Shown here: piece after piece, positions 27,073-33,661 of the stretch | Layout: each line of letters opens with the position of its first letter | How positions within the stretch are numbered: position 1 is the stretch's first letter | Source of the DNA: Pseudobdellovibrionaceae bacterium | GTDB lineage: Bacteria; Bdellovibrionota; Bdellovibrionia; Bdellovibrionales; Bdellovibrionaceae | Direction: 5' to 3' | DNA length: 33,661 bases | NCBI GenBank assembly: GCA_039810425.1 | Contig: JBDHWW010000033.1 | Span: 1-33,661 of the forward strand | Position numbers and translations under genes: made by a program | Notes under the pieces: generated by a model | What the model was told of the DNA's origin: nothing | The model's database searches: none | The model's input: only the letters and a program-made list of their open reading frames with translations

Positions 27073-27356
27073 GTGTTTTCGCAAGAAAAAGAAACGAGTC
27101 TAGGATTGCAAGCTGCGAGAACCACAAGGAAATCTCATTCAGAGATTTGGAAAAAAATTGTCCAAAGTTTTTCAATGGCAAAGATTCACGCAGAAAAATT
27201 CCAAAATTTTATGGAACCAAAAGAGCACGCCGGGAGTTTTTCGGGGAGAAACGGAGTTTTGGAGGGCAAGAATTTAAAAAACTTGTCGAAATTGTCAGCG
27301 AACGGGCCGCGGACACGTCCAAAAATTTTCGAAATCTTTTTGGAATTGTCTATTCA

Positions 27357-28532
27357 CTATTCGTTCAAAGCAAACAAACCGTGAAGACCCATCACTCGGC
27401 GGGCGACCCAGCAGACGATGAATGTCGGTAAGAAAGCTTCGAAACCGAAAAGTTCCCACGCCATCACGGCCCCCGTCCACGGAATATGTGAGGCGGAGGC
27501 GAAGACACTTATAAGACCAAGGCTTGCTGCATATAACGACGGAAGGCCAAGCCAAGAAGAAATCGTCGTGCCCAATGTTGCCCCCACCGCCATCATCGGC
27601 GTGACCTCACCGCCCTTTAGGCCCGAAGCCGAAGAAAGAAGTGTTAAGGCGCTCTTCCAGGCAAAATCAAAAGTGTGTACGCCCTTGGTCATCGCCGCGT
27701 CGATCAAGTTCACGCCAAGTCCGTTGTAGCGGACGTCATTCCTCATAAACGTCAGAAGCGCGACGATGGAGCCGCCAATAGCGGGACGAAGCCACGCCAC
27801 AGGAATGCGGCCGAAGATGTGCTTTTCAAGGTAGTGCATGAGAACGACAAAAACTTTCGCACAGAACCCAAAAGCAACTCCCAGGCACAACCACTTTGCT
27901 CCGAGCCAGAGGTTCCAAGGCAAAACCACGAAGGCTGGATAGACATAGTGGTGAGCGCCCCAGGCGAGTGCTGTCCAATGGGCCCCAAATGAGGACAACA
28001 CGCAAAGAGGCAAGTAGCGCAGGATCCAGCGGCGAGTCGGTGTGACTTCAATGGCGAAAAGGGCTCCGGCCCACGGAACTCCGAAGACCGCACCAAATCC
28101 AGCAGCAAGTCCGCAGCGCACATAGGCCTGACGACTGAATTTTAGGGCCACACGGTTTGCGAAAATATCGCGCCAGACCTCGCCAAGTGCAGCGCCAAAC
28201 TGCACGGCGGTGCTTTCGCGGCCGGTGGCGGCGCCAAAAAGCTGGCTGAGCACGGTGAAGCTAAAAATAAAAAAAGCGGTGATAAATGGAATCAGGGCTT
28301 GCTTTTCTTCAATGCCGTGAAGGATCTTTTTCGTCGACGGAACTTTTTTTCCAAAGAACCAATAGGTCAGGCCTGTGGCTAAGCCAAGAATTGGCAAGAT
28401 GAAAACCAAATAATCATGCTCAACGAAAAAGCCCGAGGCCTGCTCTAACAGAGCCAAAAAGAACGCCGAGGCGGTCCCGACCGTGAAAATTACAAAAAAC
28501 AAGCTTAAAAAACCAAACAGAATTGCCCACAT
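27357..28532 (-). CDS. CLC family anion transporter, fluoride-type (CLC-F/EriC)
   Basis: GRESTAVQ and GGEVTP signatures; multiple TM helices. Confidence 0.88.
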   Translation of the reverse strand: MWAILFGFLSLFFVIFTVGTASAFFLALLEQASGFFVEHDYLVFILPILGLATGLTYWFFGKKVPSTKKILHGIEEKQALIPFITAFFIFSFTVLSQLFGAATGRESTAVQFGAALGEVWRDIFANRVALKFSRQAYVRCGLAAGFGAVFGVPWAGALFAIEVTPTRRWILRYLPLCVLSSFGAHWTALAWGAHHYVYPAFVVLPWNLWLGAKWLCLGVAFGFCAKVFVVLMHYLEKHIFGRIPVAWLRPAIGGSIVALLTFMRNDVRYNGLGVNLIDAAMTKGVHTFDFAWKSALTLLSSASGLKGGEVTPMMAVGATLGTTISSWLGLPSLYAASLGLISVFASASHIPWTGAVMAWELFGFEAFLPTFIVCWVARRVMGLHGLFALNE

Positions 28533-28579
28533 AGGTTCTTCTGTTGTAGTCTTTGCCCAACAAACTTCAAGGACTTTGT

Positions 28580-29656
28580 ATGGTGAAGTATTTCACGGGC
28601 TCATTTATCGCCACTATTTTGGGACTTATCCTCGCTTCCGCAGTGGGTTACTATTACTCTGGCACGGCCGCAGGGACCTTGCAGGCGCTTTTTATTGCGG
28701 CGGTTCTGGCGGTCCTCGAGATTTCGTTGTCGTTTGATAATGCGATCGTCAATGCGGTTGTTTTAAAAGAAATGACGCCGGTTTGGCGGCAGCGTTTCTT
28801 GACCTGGGGAATGCTCATCGCGGTGTTTGGCATGCGTTTGGTTTTTCCTCTCGCGATTGTCGCGGTGGTGGCTAAGATCAACCCCTGGGAGGCTTTGATG
28901 ATGGCGGCTTTTAAACCGGATCAGTACGCCTCGCTCATGACGTCGGCACATTTGGCCGTGGCGGCCTTCGGTGGAACTTTTTTGTTGATGGTAACGTTGC
29001 GTTACTTCTATGACGAAACGAAAGATATCCACTGGATTGCGCCGATTGAGAAGCCGCTCGCCGCTCTGGGAAAGATCGATGCCATTGAAATCGGCCTGAC
29101 GTTGTTGACACTGATAATCCTTTCAAACCTCATTGGCACAGAGACTGAACAGCTCACTTTCATTCTTGCGGGAATGGGGGGCTTGATCACTTATGTGGTG
29201 ACCGACGGTATCGGCGGAGTTCTTGAGATGTCTCAGGGAAGTATGAAGGACCTGCACAAGGCGAGTGCGGGCATGTTCCTTTACCTTGAAGTCCTCGATG
29301 CTTCGTTCAGTTTTGATGGGGTGGTAGGCGCTTTTGCGATCACTCACAATCTGTTCATTATAATGATTGGCCTCAGTATCGGTGCGTTCTTTGTGCGATC
29401 ACTGACGATTCTTTTCGTGGAAAAAGATACGCTCGGTAAATTCTTGTATCTCGAGCATGGCGCGTTTTATGCGATCGGGTGCCTTGCGATGATTATGTTA
29501 ATGGACCCGTTTTTGCATATTCCAGAATGGGTGACGGGCCTTTTGGGAGCAGTAGTTATTTTGATTGCTTTTTACTGGTCTGTGCGTTTTCCAGAACCAC
29601 CGTCCCGAAGGCGGCACCAAGGATCACCAGAGCCCCACAAGCCTGCCACCCACTAA
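28580..29656 (+). CDS. DUF475 / TerC-like integral membrane protein
   Basis: LEISLSFDNAIVNA, FLYLEVLDASFSFDGVVGAFA, YLEHGA; AAGGA RBS before ATG 28580. Confidence 0.9.
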   Translation: MVKYFTGSFIATILGLILASAVGYYYSGTAAGTLQALFIAAVLAVLEISLSFDNAIVNAVVLKEMTPVWRQRFLTWGMLIAVFGMRLVFPLAIVAVVAKINPWEALMMAAFKPDQYASLMTSAHLAVAAFGGTFLLMVTLRYFYDETKDIHWIAPIEKPLAALGKIDAIEIGLTLLTLIILSNLIGTETEQLTFILAGMGGLITYVVTDGIGGVLEMSQGSMKDLHKASAGMFLYLEVLDASFSFDGVVGAFAITHNLFIIMIGLSIGAFFVRSLTILFVEKDTLGKFLYLEHGAFYAIGCLAMIMLMDPFLHIPEWVTGLLGAVVILIAFYWSVRFPEPPSRRRHQGSPEPHKPATH

Positions 29657-30479
29657 GGCGGTCCCCCATTAAAACATAAGCGAAGAAGAAAGCATAAGGG
29701 CTCTCAAGCAGGAACAGCATGCTGGCGGTTGTATCTGAGAGCACTTTTTGTGCTCGCACTTGAAGGTAAAAGGCTAAAACACTGCACGCGGCCGCTAAAA
29801 CGAACAATCCCGCAAGTGATTGTGGATTGATGGGGCCGATTTGAATATTCGGCATCAAGAAAACCGCCGGCATTATGATGGCCAAGGCCCAGAGTGTTTG
29901 GAAGTTGTTCACGCGAAACGCGTTTTGCATTCGGCGAGTCAAGCGGCCGACATAGATAATATGCGCCGTTGCGCCAATCGCCGCCGCCAGGGTCCATAGG
30001 TCCCCGATGTTAATGTCTGAAGTCAGCGTTTCAAACCGTGCTTCCATGAGCAAGAAGGTTCCCACTAAGGCACAGGCGACGAGGAGCCAGCCAAAGAGGG
30101 GGAGTCTTTTCTTAAAGAACAGGGCATTCCCCACGGGTACGAACACCACGTACAGAGTCGTGATGAATCCGCTCTTCGTCGCGGTGGTGTATTGCAAACC
30201 GATGGTTTGCATTAGGAGAAAAGTTCCCAGCAAGAGGCCGGCGGGGATCGAGCCCTTGAAGTCCTCTTTCCACGGAGTTTTTTCTTTTTGGCGGATTTGC
30301 GAAATCAGGTAGATGACTTCGCCGAGGATGAGCGCACTTGTAAAGCGGCAAAGTAGAACGCCCGCCGGGTTCCAAGTCGTGAGTGCCCACTGGGTCGCGA
30401 CAAAGCCAAAACCCCATAAGGCGCCGGCAAAGATCAGCTCAAAGACAGCTTGGCGTTCTGTCGGCAGCCTGAGACTCAT
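29556..30479 (-). CDS. DMT/EamA family transporter
   Basis: About 10 TMs in two repeats; LWG.GF, GLQYTTATKSGFIT, LESP. Confidence 0.9.
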   Translation of the reverse strand: MSLRLPTERQAVFELIFAGALWGFGFVATQWALTTWNPAGVLLCRFTSALILGEVIYLISQIRQKEKTPWKEDFKGSIPAGLLLGTFLLMQTIGLQYTTATKSGFITTLYVVFVPVGNALFFKKRLPLFGWLLVACALVGTFLLMEARFETLTSDINIGDLWTLAAAIGATAHIIYVGRLTRRMQNAFRVNNFQTLWALAIIMPAVFLMPNIQIGPINPQSLAGLFVLAAACSVLAFYLQVRAQKVLSDTTASMLFLLESPYAFFFAYVLMGDRLSGWQACGALVILGAAFGTVVLENAQTSKKQSK

Positions 30480-30482
30480 GGA

Positions 30483-31205
30483 TTAATCGAAAGCTTCGGT
30501 CCAGAGACGGGTTTTGTCAAAACCATCGACCTCAAGAAGCTGCTGTTTTACAGCCTTAATCATACCGCCGTTGCCGCAGAGATAGAAAGTCGTCGGAACT
30601 TCTTTGTAGTTGTATTCTTTGATGAAGTGCTGAACATAGCCTTTTTTGCCCGTCCAACCGTCACTGGGACGGCTTAAAACAAATTCATACTTAAAGCCCG
30701 GGAACTCCGCCGCCAGGGTGTCGAGCTCGTTCTTAATGTAAATGTCTTTTTCCGTACGGACACCGAAAAGCATGCGGTACTGAATGTGAGGGAAGAGTTC
30801 TCTTTTAGAAACCAAGTAAGATAAATGCTGGGACACACCCGTGCCAGTATTGAGGAACACCACTTGATCTGTCGGTGGCTCCTGGAAGAAGACTTTTCCA
30901 AATGGGCCGGTGAATTTCAGGCTTTCTCCGCCTTTCAATCCCCAGACGTATGTCGAGGCCAAGCCATTTTCCACGAACTTAAAGAGCAAGCGAAAGCCAC
31001 TTTGGATACGCTCGTCGGAGGCAATGGAGTAGGCACGCAAAGCTGGCTTAGAGTCCGGGACTGGAACGTGGAGCATGACGAATTGCCCTGCCCGGTATTG
31101 AAAGCTGTCAGGACTTTCGGTTTTCAATACCAATTCGCGCACATTGTGGGTGTGATCAATGATTTTTTCGACCTTCATCGAATATACGATTCTGGCTGCG
31201 GACAT
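30483..31205 (-). CDS. Ferredoxin-NADP reductase-like FAD/NAD(P)-binding oxidoreductase
   Basis: RAYSIAS, GLAS, GTGVS, YLCG, terminal EAFD; 3 nt from the DMT gene start. Confidence 0.9.
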   Translation of the reverse strand: MSAARIVYSMKVEKIIDHTHNVRELVLKTESPDSFQYRAGQFVMLHVPVPDSKPALRAYSIASDERIQSGFRLLFKFVENGLASTYVWGLKGGESLKFTGPFGKVFFQEPPTDQVVFLNTGTGVSQHLSYLVSKRELFPHIQYRMLFGVRTEKDIYIKNELDTLAAEFPGFKYEFVLSRPSDGWTGKKGYVQHFIKEYNYKEVPTTFYLCGNGGMIKAVKQQLLEVDGFDKTRLWTEAFD

Positions 31206-31282
31206 CTATAAACCTCGGCAAAATTAGAAGACTAAGACTGCCTTGAATAATTCAAAAAGTCTAGACAGTCCAATCATTTAAC

Positions 31283-31311
31283 TTGTGGCAACACATATCC
31301 TTTATTATCAT
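31283..31311 (+). promoter_or_regulatory. Possible sigma70 promoter
   Basis: TTGTGG-N17-TATCAT about 40 nt upstream of ATG 31351. Confidence 0.4.
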
Positions 31312-31350
31312 AAAAATGTGAATTTATTCGAGTGGTTAGAGGTGTCTAAA

Positions 31351-33552
31351 ATGGCTCTGCAAAAAGCTTCCATCGGGAAGCTATTTTTACTGTTTTTGGT
31401 GTGCTTAACGGCGCAAGCAGCTTACCCCCAAGATGAAGAAGGCATTGTCGAAGACACACCTGCGGAAACACCGATTTCAGCCACACCGGTGGCAACGCCC
31501 ACTCCGATGGCAACGCCAACTCTGGTGACAGCGCCCACTCCGGGCGGCGCGGAAGATCTCGCAAGTCCGGGTGTGCAAGAACCGCTTGAAGCCCCGGTGA
31601 CAAGGCCGGAGCCAAAAGCCACAGTCGCTGAAGAGAAAAAGCCCGGCCAAAAAATAGTTTTGAAAACAGCTCGTGCGGAAGAGTACTCAAAGCCCGTGTA
31701 CTTCGAGTCCATGGATAGTCTTTTGCCAACCATGGAGTTCGAGTACGATTTGAATGGCAACAGCCTTCGCGTAGGTGACACGGTTATTGATGACCAGTCT
31801 TTCTTTTTTGCCATGGTCCCGCTTTCGCGCCTTCATCCAAAAATGCAAAACGTCTTGGGCTCGCGCGAGGCGCAGAAAATCGCTCTCGTTATGCGCTGGC
31901 CTGAAAATCTGCAACAGACGGGGAGGCTTGAGGTCATCGCCCGGACGGGAGCTGTTTTATGGAAAGACGACATCACTCAAGCCAAACGCGATCAGTGGAA
32001 AACGACATTGGACACTTGGAGAAAAGGCCTCAGCGATCGCGGAGTAAAGGGTAAATTGCCGAAGACAAGTGTCTTTTCCACGCAGTACGGTATTATTGAT
32101 GTTGCGGCTCAAGGAATTAAGTCCTTTAGTGAGTCTTTCCGCTTCTGTTTGACGCAAATCGAAGGCCGCGCGCAATCACGCCTGTGTTCGCAACGTTATG
32201 TGATCCGTGGTTCCGGCAAACAGCTTTCGATGGCAAAAGTAAAAAACCCGGTTTCGCCGCGTGTTCTGTTGCAATCTCAAGCGGCGCCGTTGAAGCAAAA
32301 TGTTCCGGTTCCTCGCGATATGCCGACGGCGTTCTTCGCTGAGTTGGCCAGCGGTGAAAGTTACGAATTCATTGCGACTCCGAATAAGCTTAATCTCATG
32401 GATTTGACCGACTCTAAAAAGCCCGATCAAATCCGTATCGTGGCTTGGGGAGTGCGCCCGACGATTCCGTCTGTGATCTTGAACCCGGATGATGACTCCT
32501 CATTCACGCGCGCGATTGGTTTTCAGTCGACGATCGGAGACATGCGTAAATTTTGGGAAGCAATGGTCAGCGTGGAAGATCCAAAGGTCTATTTACCAGG
32601 GCAGGGAGGCGGTCTTTTTACGCAGCGTTTTGAGTTGTCGGAAGTTCCGCGTGCCAATGCACGTCCTTATTTGCATACCACGACTCCGATCGGAACCTAT
32701 ACTGATGACGTAAAACTTTTTGGTAAGAAATTGCCGGAAGTAAAGGTGACGAGCTCTGAGAACTCGATCGAAGTGGATGAGAAAGACCCAAAGTATTTTG
32801 TGTGGCGCTTTAAGGCTGCGGACCGCGGCGAGATCAACCGCAGTTACCTGAGCATGGGATACAGAGACAAGGAGTACAAGGCGTTCTACGAGATCTATAA
32901 AGGTTTCCCGCGCGAATTCAGCCTGCGCCTGTCGGGCATAGTGTCTTCTTCAGGTGAAGCCCTGTTCTTAGGTGAGGCCGCCTATAATCAGTGGTTTGAA
33001 AACTTGATGGGTTGGACGAACTACTACGCCGGCCGCCAGCGCTGGGGTATTAGTGTTAAGTACTTTAAGTCTTTGACGAAGTTGACGGTGGATAGTGCCA
33101 AGGGGACTAAGGCGGATTTGGCCGTGGCGAATGTCGATTTGAAGTACCGTTTTTCCCCGGGAATCTGGGGCCGCGACGAAACTACCGGGGCGATGCTTGA
33201 TTACCAAGCCGTTGAGTTTGCTCAAATTAAGGCGCCTATGCTTGGGGTCGGCGCGTTCTGGGGCCGCTCAATGCCGAAGGTCTTCGATGATTTGATCAAC
33301 TATATTCCGCTTATGAGATACGAAAAATGGGTGGACATGGAGTTCATCTTCTATCCGGCCTCATTGTCTCCGGATGTGAAACTTAATACGAACTTTGCTT
33401 TGAATTTTCATGGAAAAGTGCTGTGGACGAAGCATTGGTTCGGCGAGGCCGGCTTTGGCTTGAAGCGCTATGCAATCGTCGACCAAAAGTTGCAGCAGCA
33501 GGCGGCGTTGAATACTTTTTACGGCACCTTCGGAGTAGGTTTGAGCTTCTAA
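31351..33552 (+). CDS. Large secreted protein with probable C-terminal outer-membrane beta-barrel
   Basis: Signal peptide, TP-rich linker, amphipathic aromatic strands in the last approx. 200 aa, terminal GVGLSF beta-signal; GAGGTG RBS. Confidence 0.8.
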   Translation: MALQKASIGKLFLLFLVCLTAQAAYPQDEEGIVEDTPAETPISATPVATPTPMATPTLVTAPTPGGAEDLASPGVQEPLEAPVTRPEPKATVAEEKKPGQKIVLKTARAEEYSKPVYFESMDSLLPTMEFEYDLNGNSLRVGDTVIDDQSFFFAMVPLSRLHPKMQNVLGSREAQKIALVMRWPENLQQTGRLEVIARTGAVLWKDDITQAKRDQWKTTLDTWRKGLSDRGVKGKLPKTSVFSTQYGIIDVAAQGIKSFSESFRFCLTQIEGRAQSRLCSQRYVIRGSGKQLSMAKVKNPVSPRVLLQSQAAPLKQNVPVPRDMPTAFFAELASGESYEFIATPNKLNLMDLTDSKKPDQIRIVAWGVRPTIPSVILNPDDDSSFTRAIGFQSTIGDMRKFWEAMVSVEDPKVYLPGQGGGLFTQRFELSEVPRANARPYLHTTTPIGTYTDDVKLFGKKLPEVKVTSSENSIEVDEKDPKYFVWRFKAADRGEINRSYLSMGYRDKEYKAFYEIYKGFPREFSLRLSGIVSSSGEALFLGEAAYNQWFENLMGWTNYYAGRQRWGISVKYFKSLTKLTVDSAKGTKADLAVANVDLKYRFSPGIWGRDETTGAMLDYQAVEFAQIKAPMLGVGAFWGRSMPKVFDDLINYIPLMRYEKWVDMEFIFYPASLSPDVKLNTNFALNFHGKVLWTKHWFGEAGFGLKRYAIVDQKLQQQAALNTFYGTFGVGLSF

Positions 33553-33563
33553 AACTGGCCCCT

Positions 33564-33661
33564 TTAAATGTTGATGGTAAAGGCACTGGCTGGTACGACT
33601 CGTTCTACTTCCTGACACTCGGGGCTTTTTCCATGATTCAAAGCGCAGCAAGGCTCACCCC
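33564..33661 (-). CDS. Possible 3' end of a gene running in from beyond the window
   Basis: Open frame GEPCCALNHGKSPECQEVERVVPASAFTINI* ends 11 nt from the convergent stop at 33552. Confidence 0.3.
   Translation of the reverse strand, partial: GEPCCALNHGKSPECQEVERVVPASAFTINI

Noticed and set aside
28533..28579. Fluoride riboswitch before the CLC gene
   Set aside because: The interval is too short and lacks the GGnGAUG...UGAUG pattern.

Overview
A mostly housekeeping bacterial chromosomal window at about 50% GC. It is probably from a Bdellovibrionota/Oligoflexia-type predator; this is inferred from the gene mix, the many Cys/Pro-rich secreted orphans, the type of HNH protein and the sigma28-like promoters. 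Contents in order: RNase HI, a long HNH-endonuclease gene, an SLT lytic transglycosylase, secreted hypotheticals, a fur-uvrA pair with an upstream Fur box, an MHYT-PAS-PAS hybrid histidine kinase, a 10-gene de novo purine operon (purF-C-D-N-SL-Q-H-M-K-E, no purB), an internally deleted msrB, a YciI-like protein, a lipoprotein with a sigma54-like promoter, a CLC-F-type anion transporter, DUF475/TerC-like and EamA transporters, an FNR-family reductase and a probable outer-membrane beta-barrel protein. The most intriguing signal is a 27-bp sequence present twice in inverted orientation (24/27 identical). One copy is a palindromic hairpin upstream of the HNH gene and the other lies inside that gene's own linker-coding DNA, suggesting a self-contained nuclease-plus-cognate-site (or antisense RNA) module. 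Also notable are two sigma28-like promoters that would make leaderless mRNAs, a UvrA with its insertion domain replaced by a short acidic loop, and several deletion scars or gene remnants, one of which is absent from the ORF track. No rRNA, tRNA, CRISPR array, transposase or integrase was seen. All family assignments come from motif recognition, not database searches.
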